A stretch of 63,859 bases of DNA, filler included, from Octopus bimaculoides (GCF_001194135.2; 6 parts of 5 records of this genome joined end to end with filler, not necessarily neighbours in it); one strand, 5' to 3'. Positions 38,454-52,366 are shown, counted from the whole stretch's first letter. The notes: generated by a model from the letters alone, not told the origin. Numbers and translations are program-made.

Positions 38454-40725
38454 GACAGACAGACAAACATAGAACGGAATCAATGATTGTGAATGAATGG
38501 TGAAAAGATGGAAGGAAGAATATAAAAGTGAGCGAGAATTTTATTGGAGTTCAACTCTTTACCGGAATTCTGGTTATTTCTAGAAAGTAGAATGTTGACA
38601 TATGATTGTATCTCTTAGTTAGGAAGGAATGGAAACACTATGAACTCTTACGGACCTCTAAGTGAAGTGAGACGGAGGGAGAAAAGTATACTCAGTCCGA
38701 AAACCTGTCCCGAATATATATATTAGTTTAGAATTTAATTTAACACCAGTGATCAATAATTTGTATTACTTGATTCTTATAATTAATAAAATTATTAGGG
38801 TTGTCTCCCTTAGACGGTATTCATTTGATTTTTTTATTATTATTTATTCGTTGGACATTAGCGCGTTTTTAATTAAAATTTAGAGTAGATGACAAGTTTT
38901 TTATTTTATAAATAGCGTTCAATATCTGAACATTTAGTTACTATTGTGTTATTTGTTTACTACCCACAAGGGGCTACACACAGAGGGGACAAACAAGGAC
39001 AGACAAACGGATTAAGTCGATTACATCGACCCAGTGCGTAACTGGTACTTAATTTATCGACCCCTAAAGGATGAAAGGCTAAGTCCACCACGGCGGAATT
39101 TGAACTCAGAACGTAGCGGCGGACGAAATACCGCTAAGCATTTCACCCGGCGTGCTAACGTTTCTGCCAGCTCGTCGCCTCTTAGTTTAGTTACTAAAGT
39201 GTAACATACAGTAATTGATCATGGAGAAATTTGGGATGTAGATCAGCCTTAGAGATTATATGTATATGTATATATATANNNNNNNNNNNNNNNNNNNNNN
39301 NNNNNNNNNNNNNNNNNNNNNNNNNNNNNNNNNNNNNNNNNNNNNNNNNNNNNNNNNNNNNNNNNNNNNNNNNNNNNNNNNNNNNNNNNNNNNNNNNNNN
39401 NNNNNNNNNNNNNNNNNNNNNNNNNNNNNNNNNNNNNNNNNNNNNNNNNNNNNNNNNNNNNNNNNNNNNNNNNNNNNNNNNNNNNNNNNNNNNNNNNNNN
39501 NNNNNNNNNNNNNNNNNNNNNNNNNNNNNNNNNNNNNNNNNNNNNNNNNNNNNNNNNNNNNNNNNNNNNNNNNNNNNNNNNNNNNNNNNNNNNNNNNNNN
39601 NNNNNNNNNNNNNNNNNNNNNNNNNNNNNNNNNNNNNNNNNNNNNNNNNNNNNNNNNNNNNNNNNNNNNNNNNNNNNNNNNNNNNNNNNNNNNNNNNNNN
39701 NNNNNNNNNNNNNNNNNNNNNNNNNNNNNNNNNNNNNNNNNNNNNNNNNNNNNNNNNNNNNNNNNNNNNNNNNNNNNNNNNNNNNNNNNNNNNNNNNNNN
39801 NNNNNNNNNNNNNNNNNNNNNNNNNNNNNNNNNNNNNNNNNNNNNNNNNNNNNNNNNNNNNNNNNNNNNNNNNNNNNNNNNNNNNNNNNNNNNNNNNNNN
39901 NNNNNNNNNNNNNNNNNNNNNNNNNNNNNNNNNNNNNNNNNNNNNNNNNNNNNNNNNNNNNNNNNNNNNNNNNNNNNNNNNNNNNNNNNNNNNNNNNNNN
40001 NNNNNNNNNNNNNNNNNNNNNNNNNNNNNNNNNNNNNNNNNNNNNNNNNNNNNNNNNNNNNNNNNNNNNNNNNNNNNNNNNNNNNNNNNNNNNNNNNNNN
40101 NNNNNNNNNNNNNNNNNNNNNNNNNNNNNNNNGGAAAAAAAGTACGTTAAATGATGATGATGATGATGATGGGTGTGTATGCGTGTCTGCATGTATATAG
40201 ATAATGAGCACACTTAAGATAGTATATGTCAATATATCTTTAATTGTATTCCTTCTTCAGCAGATATATTCACAGATACCAAACGGAAAAAGACAAAAAA
40301 GATTGCGTGAGACTGTTCAGTATTATTAGCGATGATGACACGGGTACAACAGATGATGAAACAATTATATTTGATATTGATAATATTCCATAAAACGAAA
40401 TTGGTCGACATGGAAATAACTAGTCTCTAGTTCTTCTTTTGGCTTCTTTGTTTGAATCTTTCTCCTTTTCTGTTTACATTTTTCTAGCTTTCATTGTTTA
40501 TGTTTTATTTGTTTCAGTAATTAGACTGCGGTCATTCTGGGGCACTGCCTTGAAGAATTTTAGTTAAACGAATAGTCGCCAGTTCCTATTATTCATTTGT
40601 AAAGCCTGGTACTTAGTCTATTAATAAGATACAGGGACGTAAACACACCAACACTGGTTGTCAAGCGGTGGTTGCAGACAAATGCATGCACAAACACACA
40701 CACATACACACACACACACACACAC

Positions 40726-40756
<31 letters not shown>

Positions 40757-41300
40757 TACATATATATCCAAGAAAGTTAGGGGTTGTGAATCCAACCCAC
40801 AAAGAAATAATATCTATCCAATATACTGCTAGAAGAAAACCCAATTATTATTGCACAAGTGTTTTTTCATTGCATGGCAATTATATTACCAAGTACAACA
40901 AATGGGTACGGGTAAAAAGGTATTTTACAATTAATTTATATAGCAATTAGAAAATGGATGGGAATAGGTGGTATTCATGAACTTGCAGACATTGTATTGT
41001 GTCAATTACTTGTTTATTTGTTTACTAAATGGACAATAATAACAATATGCAAACACATATGACATATTATGTCACATCAGTAATTAAAAAAACGACATAT
41101 AGTGACAGAAAATGGGATGATGGCTTACAGCTGTTTCAGTCTAGCGGTGACATTCCTCATTCTATCTTTATCACTTCTGCGTTTGTATATTGTTATTATT
41201 GTCCATTTAGTAAACAAATAAACAAATAAAGTGACACAACACAATGTCTGCAAGTTGATGAATAGCACCTATTCCCCTCCATTTTCTTATTTTCTTATTG

Positions 41301-41335
<35 letters not shown>

Positions 41336-41473
41336 ACGGTCTTCTTTCAGTTTATGTCTACTAAATCCACTCTCACAAAGCTTTGGTCAGCCCGAAGCTA
41401 TAGTAGAAGACCCTGGCCTAAGGGGCCACGCATTGAGACTGAACCCAGAACCATGTAGTGGGGAAGCAAACTT

Positions 41474-41752
41474 CTTTATTTCATTTTAATTGGCCATTAA
41501 GGCCTTACAAAGAGGGGACAAACAAGGACAGACAAACGTAAAGAAGCTACGGGCTGGACACGGACATTAATGAGATGAGGGTGATAACAAAAAAGGTGAA
41601 AAATAACAAAATTAAAAATGGGAGGGGCACCGGCGCCCACCGACCGATAACCCCTCGAATACATTGTTCGAGCTCAATATTTATAATCATCAATGCCTTT
41701 CAAGTAGGCCCTCCTCTGCACGCAGGCAGCTCTCCATATTCATCTCAGCCTC
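41474..41752 (-). mobile_element. LINE 3' end sharing its tail with SINE family B
   Basis: tttgtctgtccttgtttgtcccctctttgtaaggcc...aaataaag tail on the minus strand. Confidence 0.55.
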
Positions 41753-41852
41753 NNNNNNNNNNNNNNNNNNNNNNNNNNNNNNNNNNNNNNNNNNNNTTAA
41801 TTAATTAANNNNNNNNNNNNNNNNNNNNNNNNNNNNNNNNNNNNNNNNNNNN
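41753..41852. other. Artificial scaffold linker
   Basis: N44-TTAATTAATTAA-N44. Confidence 0.95.
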
Positions 41853-41894
<42 letters not shown>

Positions 41895-42099
41895 GTATTT
41901 ACACTGATACAGAAACACACAGAGTCACGCATGCACGCACACACACACTCATACGCACGCATACACACACGTGCACACACATATATACCAATACATAATA
42001 TGATACGATTTTTCTTTTATTCTAACTATTAGGATGGCCACACGACAATGACAATATAACATAGACCTGAACGATTGCATAACACTTCTTAGTAGAGTA

Positions 42100-42700
42100 A
42101 ATATTTATTAAAAGTAAAAAGGTTGACAGTGACTTCGAATTTTTGGCTTGATTGCCTTTATAAGACTGTGCCCTACTTGGGTTCATGTAGTCTTTGGCAA
42201 GTATATTTTGGGAGGCATAGGTGGACCTTTGGGAATGATAATTTGATGTGTCGTAGAGAAGTAGTTGATCATAAAAAAGGGACAGGATAGGCGTAAAATT
42301 TGTGCTTATAGGTGGATGTGGGTTGAGAGAGAGAGTTGTAGTAAGGAGATTTATTTTGGTTTGATGCAGGGATTTTAGTATTGTTTACAATTCAGTCGAG
42401 CGTGGAAATAAATGCGTAAACAGATGTGTCAAATTCATGTCAGAACATACCTTGTGTCGAAGGTTGTTTTTTGTTGTGTTATAGGGACCACGAAAGTATG
42501 TTTGCAGACAAATCAGTTCGTCACACAACATAAGTCAGGCAGAGGTTGGTGTGTTGTTTGTGTTAATAGCTTTTTATTAAGAAGTTTCAAACTGGGTATT
42601 TTGGGAAGGTTAGGAGTGAGGAAACTACATTACCATAAATATTTATTAGGGTTGTATATATATTTTTTTACAAGCGTGGCTAACGAAGACACATAAGCCG
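42100..42700 (-). mobile_element. Highly decayed PLE reverse transcriptase remnant
   Basis: Scattered TPNLPKI, NYF and KGPPM-like motifs; C/A-rich strand bias; weak. Confidence 0.3.
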
Positions 42701-42764
42701 AAGCTTCAAAGTCCCTGACAATATTTCCCTTGTAACATTTAATATTCGAGTGTGTGTGTACACA

Positions 42765-42798
<34 letters not shown>

Positions 42799-43284
42799 NN
42801 NNNNNNNNNNNNNNNNNNNNNNNNNNNNNNNNNNNNNNNNNNNNNNNNNNNNNNNNNNNNNNNNNNNNNNNNNNNNNNNNNNNNNNNNNNNNNNNNNNNN
42901 NNNNNNNNNNNNNNNNNNNNNNNNNNNNNNNNNNNNNNNNNNNNNNNNNNNNNNNNNNNNNNNNNNNNNNNNNNNNNNNNNNNNNNNNNNNNNNNNNNNN
43001 NNNNNNNNNNNNNNNNNNNNNNNNNNNNNNNNNNNNNNNNNNNNNNNNNNNNNNNNNNNNNNNNNNNNNNNNNNNNNNNNNNNNNNNNNNNNNNNNNNNN
43101 NNNNNNNNNNNNNNNNNNNNNNNNNNNNNNNNNNNNNNNNNNNNNNNNNNNNNNNNNNNNNNNNNNNNNNNNNNNNNNNNNNNNNNNNNNNNNNNNNNNN
43201 NNNNNNNNNNNNNNNNNNNNNNNNNNNNNNNNNNNNNNNNNNNNNNNNNNNNNNNNNNNNNNNNNNNNNNNNNNNNNNNNNNNN

Positions 43285-43319
<35 letters not shown>

Positions 43320-44030
43320 AGCAGCAGTCAAGTCTATACACCTAGATACCTACATACACAAAAAAGCCAACCCTCCCCACACACACATATACCATCTGCT
43401 TAAACAGACACCTGGAAAATTAATTAGCCAATTTTTTTCGTTGTATTTTCTCTCTACACCTGACTGACTTTAGCATGTTTATATTGGTGAAAAGCAACAT
43501 AGCTCTGCTTCAGTGGTATTGTTTTATCGTAGAATTATCTCAATGGTGCCATTTTTGATAAAGGTATCTCTTATAATACAACCATCAAAACGGTATCAGA
43601 TATATTATATTGTGTCATTAACGGTCTTAGTAATGATAACACTGCAAAAATAGTATTGCTTGTGTAACTATGAGGCTGGTGTCAGTTATGATAACTCTGT
43701 TATCAGATATGATAGAATTACGATAACTCTGTGATAATCGTAACTCTTAGGGTAAAGTATCTGAGTTAAACTCTGGTCGTGTAATTATGTATTAAACGTC
43801 ACAGAAGAGAAATGGTTTGGAGGGGAGTATATCTTTCGGGAACATTTATCTTCTAAGCGAGAGAGGGATGGGGGTCGAGAGAAAGAGAGAGAGAGAGAAA
43901 GAAAGAAAGAAAAAAGAGAGAGAAAAGAGACAGAGAGAGAAAGAAAGAGAGGGAGTAAGAGAAAGTGAAAGAAAAAGTGAGAGAGAAAGAAAAGCAAGAG
44001 AGAGAAAGAGAGAGAGAGAGAGAAAGAGAA

Positions 44031-44065
<35 letters not shown>

Positions 44066-44165
44066 NNNNNNNNNNNNNNNNNNNNNNNNNNNNNNNNNNN
44101 NNNNNNNNNTTAATTAATTAANNNNNNNNNNNNNNNNNNNNNNNNNNNNNNNNNNNNNNNNNNNN
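44066..44165. other. Artificial scaffold linker
   Basis: N44-TTAATTAATTAA-N44. Confidence 0.95.
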
Positions 44166-44587
44166 TATATATTCCTGTTTACATACATGTATACATACAC
44201 ACATACACGTACACATATAAAACATATACATACATATATATACATCGATACATATTTACATTCTTATATATGTAATTATATATAAATATGAAGGCGTGAG
44301 TATGTATGTATGTTTGTATGTATGTATGAATGTGTGTGTATGTATGTATGTATGTATGTATGTATCTATATGTGGGTGAGGAAGAACGACAGAATCATTA
44401 GAGCGTCGAATAAAATGCCTTCCTGCGTTATTTGTTCTGGCCATTTACTCTCCGAATTCAAATACCATTGAGATCAAATTTGTCTATCATTCTTCCGGTG
44501 TAGCGGATCTCTGAATGCCTCCATTTTAAGTTAGCACAGATTACTCCCTCACAAGATGTGTGTGTATATATACATATACATACATAC

Positions 44588-44619
<32 letters not shown>

Positions 44620-45383
44620 ATATATATATATTTATNNNNNNNNNNNNNNNNNNNNNNNNNNNNNNNNNNNNNNNNNNNNNNNNNNNNNNNNNNNNNNNNN
44701 NNNNNNNNNNNNNNNNNNNNNNNNNNNNNNNNNNNNNNNNNNNNNNNNNNNNNNNNNNNNNNNNNNNNNNNNNNNNNNNNNNNNNNNNNNNNNNNNNNNN
44801 NNNNNNNNNNNNNNNNNNNNNNNNNNNNNNNNNNNNNNNNNNNNNNNNNNNNNNNNNNNNNNNNNNNNNNNNNNNNNNNNNNNNNNNNNNNNNNNNNNNN
44901 NNNNNNNNNNNNNNNNNNNNNNNNNNNNNNNNNNNNNNNNNNNNNNNNNNNNNNNNNNNNNNNNNNNNNNNNNNNNNNNNNNNNNNNNNNNNNNNNNNNN
45001 NNNNNNNNNNNNNNNNNNNNNNNNNNNNNNNNNNNNNNNNNNNNNNNNNNNNNNNNNNNNNNNNNNNNNNNNNNNNNNNNNNNNNNNNNNNNNNNNNNNN
45101 NNNNNNNNNNNNNNNNNNNNNNNNNNNNNNNNNNNNNNNNNNNNNNNNNNNNNNNNNNNNNNNNNNNNNNNNNNNNNNNNNNNNNNNNNNNNNNNNNNNN
45201 NNNNNNNNNNNNNNNNNNNNNNNNNNNNNNNNNNNNNNNNNNNNNNNNNNNNNNNNNNNNNNNNNNNNNNNNNNNNNNNNNNNNNNNNNNNNNNNNNNNN
45301 NNNNNNNNNNNNNNNNNNNNNNNNNNNNNNNNNNNNNNNNNNNNNNNNNNNNNNNNNNNNNNNNNNNNNNNNNNNNNNNNNNN

Positions 45384-45504
45384 AGCTTTGCTGCATACTC
45401 GTGACTCTTCTTGTAATTCAGACACAAGTCTCTTCCGGTTAGAGAAATCCGCAAATTCGCCTAATGTCTCTTTCCATTTGTTGGTACCTCCTAGTTCACG
45501 TATC
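45384..45504 (-). CDS. Candidate orphan exon, IRELGGTNKWKETLGEFADFSNRKRLVSELQEESRVCSKA, running into an N gap
   Basis: tcttcttcttattccag acceptor; 40 open codons of ordinary protein composition; donor hidden by the gap. Confidence 0.45.
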
Positions 45505-47479
45505 CTGGAATAAGAAGAAGACAGAAGACATTGAAATATTTTGGTGTATGGCATGCAGTTTGTTGTCCAGGAAATATTGTTATGGTCATCGTAAATCTCT
45601 CGTGGTCTCGTAAGTCATCTTTGTCCTCGTCGTCGTCATCGTCATCGTGGTTGTCATCGTCATCATCGTTATCGCCATCACCACCACCACTTAACAAGTA
45701 TTTTATTGGATTTGTTTCCGCTTTCAACTCAAATCCCACCGGTTTCAACTTTCCTTTTTTATCCGTCCGAGATCGAAAAACACCAAATGGAAATGAAGAT
45801 GAGTAAGTGGTGGATGGCAGCGGATGAAATATATTTTATTGAAGTTATTCTCACCAGCAAAAATGGAAATGCGTATCAAAATTATCAACCCTATATTATA
45901 AAGTCCGCTTAGTGTGTTGCTATATTTCAATTGTTCAAAATATAAGCTCTGTAATGTCCATTTTGTCCTGAAGATCTTCCATCCAGGGTACTCAAAAGAC
46001 AAACATATATTAGTATATATGTTTTGTAATTTAAATTGGGTGCGAAGTGAAACAATTGTAGGGAATGTTAAATAACTAATAAATTAATTTATATCCATTG
46101 AGTCTTTCTATTTTCAAATTTATTGATTATATTAATACAAGCGCAGGTCTGGGTTATAGGCTCAAGCATAGCTATGTGGTAAGAAGTTTGCTTTTTGACC
46201 ACATTGTCCGGGTTCAGTCTCGCTACGTGGAACCTTCAGTGACTTCTACTATATCCTCGGGTCAGTCAAAGACATGTGTTTGAATTTGTTAGACGGAAAC
46301 TGAACCATGTCCGTCGTAAATATGTGGTGTGTGTGCGCCCGTATGTGTGTATGTGTGTACGTATGTATGAGTGTGTACTTATGTGTTTGTTTTGTGTTCG
46401 AGAGAGAGAGCATGTACGTGTGTCTGTGTCTGTGTTTGTCCCCGTGACATAGAGGTTCGGCAAAAGAAAACTGATAATATAAGTATCAAGCTTTAAAAAG
46501 AAACAAGTGCTGGATTCAATACTTTCGACCAAGGCTATTCCAAGGTGATGCTCCAGCCTGGCCGCTATCTAATAACTGAAATAAGCAATAGATAAGCGAT
46601 AAAATATTTATCACTTTGCATTGGTGCTGTAGTCATTAAATTGTTGTGCTGCGTATCCTTCTTCTGTAACAACGAACAACCAAAATCCTCTTATGGATAC
46701 CTCCTGATATTTTCTTACATTAACTTTTTAAGTATTGCTCACTGACTCAAGAGAAAATAATGAATGATTATCATCTCATTCTTGATTTTCGGTGACAGCC
46801 GTTTTTGAATATATTTTAATATACGCATCATAAAAACAAAATCGTGTGATATTTTCAATCTCATCCAACGTTTAAAGAAACGGAATATTTCATTCATTAT
46901 CTTATTCCCACCTTTATTTTCATCCTCTCCTTCTTCCATTATCTACTCATGCCACCCCTCGCTCAGTGTCTCTATATCTCCCTCTCTCTTTTTCTTAGCA
47001 TTTATATTTCAGCATAAAAAATCATAACTTCTTTTATACAACCGTATAAGGATATCCAGAGGTAATGCAGTACGATCGTTTCACGCAACTTGGCATTTTT
47101 CAAAGGGGCGGTACTTCTGGGTCTGCTGTAGGCAATATGTGATTTTTGTGGGGTCCGGGTCGGCAAACAGAAGTGCCGCCCCGAGCGGCAGACACTCTAG
47201 CTACGCTAGTGTAAGTATGTATGTATGTATGTATGTATGTATGTATGTATGTTTACGATGGGATTTTGTTAATCAAATCCAACGCCCAAATCATTGGGTT
47301 ATAGTTTAACTAGGGGTTATAGTACGAGACGTTTGGGAGACGTGACAAGCAGAGGAACTAATTCACTAACACGTGGCTGAAACGTGAGCTTCTTAACCAC
47401 ACAACTATCCCTGGACTTAATTCTCTATTTATATTTCCATGTTTCATTATACATTTACACATAAAACTCTGTATTACCC

Positions 47480-47825
47480 TTATTCTATGACCCCCTTCGG
47501 TCATGACTGGCCATGGGATTGCACCTAGAAAGTTACCCTCCCAGGCAAAAGTCTGGGCAAGGTTGTTTATGGAAGACCAGCAGTCGCCCCTGCATACCAG
47601 CCTCCCCTCTCCACGCAACTTGTGTTATCCAAGGGAAAGGCAAAGGGGCCGATACAGTTTGGCACCTGAGACGTCGCAACTCATTTCTACATCTGAGTGA
47701 ACTGGAGCAACGTGAAATAAAGTGTCTTGCTCAAGAACACGACATGCAGCCCGGTCCGGGATTCGAACTCACAACATCACGACCGTAAGCTCGACGCTCT
47801 AACCACTGAGCCATGCGCCTTCACT
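47480..47825 (-). mobile_element. Full-length tRNA-derived SINE, family D (partial copies at about 100-212 and 6950-7135)
   Basis: tggctcagtggtt A box, gagttcgaatcc B box, cttgagcaagacactttatttcac...ctccagttcactcag core. Confidence 0.8.
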
Positions 47826-48397
47826 ATTACCTTTATAGTAATTACAAAACTAACCATCGTTGGAGTCTCATCTACGACTCATGAACAGCCTGGAAATAGC
47901 AACCAAATCGCCCGCAAATCATGCACTATCTACTCAAGTAAAGAACAGATTGTTGAAAAGAGTACTACATATAGACGAAAAAATGCTGGCAGGTCAGAGT
48001 TGGAAAGCTCCGGATCATACATACTCTGCTTGACCAGAATAAGTCTTAAATGTGTTTATACGTTGAAAGGAAACACTTTTAGATAATTAATAAATCGTTC
48101 GAAATCTTGATTAATTTGTCATAATAGTGAAGTAGTCCTGTTAATTACGTAAGAATATTCTTAATGTGAAAATACTTCTATTTTAGAGAGGATAGAAGCC
48201 GATGAATCATCTTTAGTACAATGAATTACATACTACTATTGCGTTGTAGCATTTCGATCAATAACATGTATGTATGTATGTATGCATGCAGGTATATATG
48301 TATGTATGTATGTAAGTATGTATGTAGGTATATATATGTACGTATATATATATATATATACGTAATTAATTTTGTATTTATGTGAATGTGTGTATGT

Positions 48398-48448
<51 letters not shown>

Positions 48449-49815
48449 TGTGTATATACATATCTCATATATATATATTATATATGCATATATATATATA
48501 TGTCATAAATATAGGTACATATGTATATATATATATATTATATATATATATAGGTGTATATGTATATATGTATATATATATGTATAAATATATATACATA
48601 TATATATATACATACACACACACACACACATATATATATATACATACATACATTCATGCATGCATACACCACACACATATCTACAGAAAGAGAGAGAAAG
48701 AGAGAGAGAGAAAGCGGAGAGAGGGAGAAATAATTATAGATAAATATTAGATAGATAATGATATGTATACATATACATATATACACGCATGTATACGCGA
48801 ACATACAACACCACATATAAGTATATGCGTACATTTAAACAAATATGTGCGTAAATATGTCGGTGTGTGTGTGTATGTGTGTGCGTACGTGCATACTAAA
48901 TGTCCTATGGCAGTAGCAACGGTTCAAATTTCACGATTCTCCCCAGAGACAAAAATTCTCCAGACATACCGAGAAAATCTTAATTATATTTTTTATCTGA
49001 CAATATGTCTGCTGAATCTGCCCCTGAGTGATGTCGTGAGATCTGAAACGTTGTAATCACCGCTGGCTCTGCATATCCATCCATCTATCTATCTATCTAN
49101 NNNNNNNNNNNNNNNNNNNNNNNNNNNNNNNNNNNNNNNNNNNNNNNNNNNNNNNNNNNNNNNNNNNNNNNNNNNNNNNNNNNNNNNNNNNNNNNNNNNN
49201 NNNNNNNNNNNNNNNNNNNNNNNNNNNNNNNNNNNNNNNNNNNNNNNNNNNNNNNNNNNNNNNNNNNNNNNNNNNNNNNNNNNNNNNNNNNNNNNNNNNN
49301 NNNNNNNNNNNNNNNNNNNNNNNNNNNNNNNNNNNNNNNNNNNNNNNNNNNNNNNNNNNNNNNNNNNNNNNNNNNNNNNNNNNNNNNNNNNNNNNNNNNN
49401 NNNNNNNNNNNNNNNNNNNNNNNNNNNNNNNNNNNNNNNNNNNNNNNNNNNNNNNNNNNNNNNNNNNNNNNNNNNNNNNNNNNNNNNNNNNNNNNNNNNN
49501 NNNNNNNNNNNNNNNNNNNNNNNNNNNNNNNNNNNNNNNNNNNNNNNNNNNNNNNNNNNNNNNNNNNNNNNNNNNNNNNNNNNNNNNNNNNNNNNNNNNN
49601 NNNNNNNNNNNNNNNNNNNNNNNNNNNNNNNNNNNNNNNNNNNNNNNNNNNNNNNNNNNNNNNNNNNNNNNNNNNNNNNNNNNNNNNNNNNNNNNNNNNN
49701 NNNNNNNNNNNNNNNNNNAAAAATAAGCACTTTGTATGATTTGATCGACTAACCTCATCATGGTTGTCTCCCAGCCTGGCTGCAGTCCAATGACTGAGAC
49801 AAGTAAAAGAATCTC

Positions 49816-49862
<47 letters not shown>

Positions 49863-49911
49863 CTCTCTGTCTCTCTCTCTGTCTCTCTCTCTGTCTCTGT
49901 CTCTCTCTGTG

Positions 49912-49991
<80 letters not shown>

Positions 49992-50244
49992 CCTAACTAC
50001 CTGTCTGTCTGTCTATCTATCAATCTATCAATCTATCTGTCTGTCTACCTGTCTGTCTGTACGTCCGTCCGCTTGTCTGTCGAGTTGTCTGTCTGTCTGT
50101 CTGTCGAGTTGTCTGTCTGTCTATCTGTCTGTCTGTCTGTTTGTCATATCTATATACGTATTTGTGTGTGTATACGTGTGTGTGTCTATATATTTATATA
50201 TATATATACTAGCTGACGTACTCGGTAATTCCCGGGGAAAGCGG

Positions 50245-50464
50245 CTCATTAACTCTTCTCCATACACTTTCTGCAACTTTGTGTTGGCCTCTGAGCAGGT
50301 ATCGCCATGGCAACTGTTGTAAACAGTGGAAGTGAGCTAGAACACTAAAACTTAGTGCGCATGCACAGCAAAGTTTCAGGTAAATCTGTGCCAAGCGGAC
50401 TTAGTCTGCGCGCTTTAGCTTCATTACTATGGCAACAGTCCGAATACTTATTGATCAGGCCTCG
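50245..50464 (-). mobile_element. Internally deleted mariner end, same family as 20108
   Basis: TIR cgaggcctgatcaataagtattcgga next to TA; shares blocks with 20108-20395. Confidence 0.7.
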
Positions 50465-50686
50465 TATACGTACGTCCATCGCGAGATCCAGTCCTTGCTG
50501 AGATATGGTGGTTTGCGTGTAAGTCAGTCAACTGCAATGTCCCAGTAGGGCTTTCCACAGCAGACGAGCAGACAATACAAAGGCCAGAGGCCAGACTAAC
50601 ATAGAGCATCTCTTCTTCCTAGAAAAATACAAGGATACAAAAGCGCGATGACAATTCAAAACCAATAACAACTGTCTGTCGATCTA

Positions 50687-51922
50687 TTAGGTTGTCAAGA
50701 AAGTTCTTGCGAAATTTTAAATTTTGGTTTTAAATGATGTATTTTCAAATTATTTTTCGTTAAATTACTTTGACTTCATACATCATTCTACAGCCTGTTT
50801 TTCGCTCTATCTAACCGTGTTACTCTTTTTATTTTTGAATAATTAGGCCATTTTTTCGGAACGTTGAATACAACATGGACAAAAAACAAATTTGCACAAT
50901 TTTCTTATTCTAGTTCAAGCTAGGCCGAAAAGCTGATGAAACAGCTCGCGATATCAACGATGAATGTACAACACAATGGTATTTCAAGAAATTTCGTAGC
51001 GGTGACGAGAGTCTTGAAGATGATAAGCATAGGTCGGCCAGCGGATGTTGACAACGATCAACTAAGAGCCTTAATCGAAGCCAATCCACGTACAACTGTC
51101 CGAGAGCTTGCTTTTGAATTAGACGTAACGTATACGACAATTCCCAACCGCTTGAAAGAGATTGGAAAAACAAAGATACTTGAGAAATGGGTGCCGCACG
51201 AATTGAACGACAACCAAAAAGACGCCGTTTGGAAGTGTCGTCTTCTCTTCTTTTACGCAACAGGAACGACCCGTTTCTCGACCGGATTGTGACTTGCGAT
51301 GAAAAGTGGATTCTTTACGACAATTGGCAACGCTCAACTCAGCGGTTGGACGCTGACGAAGCTCCACGGCACTTCCCGAAGCCAAAGTTGCACCAAAAGA
51401 AGGTCATGGTGACTGTTTGGTAGTCTGAAGCTGGTCTCATCCATCACAGCTTTTTGGATCCAAGTGAAACCATTACAGCGGAGAAGTATTATCAACAAAT
51501 GGATGAAATGCATAAGAAACTCCGACAGCAACACCCAGCATTGGTCAATAAAAAAGGACCAGTTCTTCCCCCACGACAAAGCTCGACCGCATGTCGCAGA
51601 ACTAACCCTGCAGAAGTTGAACGAATTGGGCTACGAAACTCTGCCTCTCGCCTACCGAATACCACTTTTTCAAGCATCTCGACAACTTACTGCCTGAGAA
51701 ATGCTTCAAAAACCAAGACGATGCCAAACACGCCTTCAACGACTTCATCGTCACCAGAACGCAGGAGTTTTACGCTACTGGCATAAATAAACTTGTTTTG
51801 CGTTGGTTAAAGTGTGTTGATTCTGATGGTGCTTATTTCGTTTAATAAAGCTTTGTTTGTGCCGAGAAATGTGCATCTTAATTTGAAGGTTAAAAACCGC
51901 AAGAACTTTCTTGACAACCTAA
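50687..51922 (+). mobile_element. Near-full-length mariner transposon (1236 bp), inactive
   Basis: Perfect 25-bp TIRs ttaggttgtcaagaaagttcttgcg (50687-50711 and 51898-51922) with TA on both sides. Confidence 0.95.
50875..51846 (+). pseudogene. Mariner transposase, disrupted
   Basis: MDKKQI..., [26 protein letters not shown]; stops, frameshifts, the YSPDL segment deleted, third catalytic D read as E. Confidence 0.92.
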
Positions 51923-51950
51923 TATTTACCTACCTACTTACCTACTTACC

Positions 51951-52050
51951 NNNNNNNNNNNNNNNNNNNNNNNNNNNNNNNNNNNNNNNNNNNNTTAATT
52001 AATTAANNNNNNNNNNNNNNNNNNNNNNNNNNNNNNNNNNNNNNNNNNNN
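51951..52050. other. Artificial scaffold linker
   Basis: N44-TTAATTAATTAA-N44. Confidence 0.95.
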
Positions 52051-52051
52051 T

Positions 52052-52087
<36 letters not shown>

Positions 52088-52097
52088 GTAAATATAA

Positions 52098-52364
52098 ACA
52101 TTATTTACATTTGACGAATATTTGTCCTCATGTTGTTTGTTGTTAACACAATGTTTTGGCTGATGTACCCTTCAGCCTTCATGAGGTGTCTTTGGGAAAT
52201 TCCGAACTTGGGTTCTCATTCCTGAGGTATTTTTCAATGTTGTTGTTGTTGTTGGTGGTGGTGGTGTTGTTGTTGTTGTTGTTGTTATTCAGGTCACTGC
52301 CTGGAATCGAACTCGGAATCTTGGGGTTAGTAGCCCGCGCTGTTAACCACTAAGCGATATGCCC
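52098..52364 (-). mobile_element. tRNA-headed SINE-like element with a hammerhead-like tail (left arm of palindrome)
   Basis: A box tcgcttagtgg, B box gagttcgattcc, (AAC)n linker, ACAC-CTCATGA-A-GGCTGA...TCAGCC-AAAAC-ATT-GTGT at 52189-52146. Confidence 0.75.
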
Positions 52365-52366
52365 GT

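Noticed and set aside
49020-49060. CTGAGTGA...GAAACGTTG hammerhead-like motif
   Set aside because: Core has an insertion and stems I and II cannot be paired
45940-49060. Other short minus-strand exon candidates (about 45940-45990, 46700-46740, 48970-49045)
   Set aside because: Stops in the relevant frames, missing donors, or phases incompatible with the 45504 exon
50208-50240. Possible Helitron 3' end (CTAG plus GC-rich hairpin, minus strand)
   Set aside because: Too short and degenerate to support without the rest of the element
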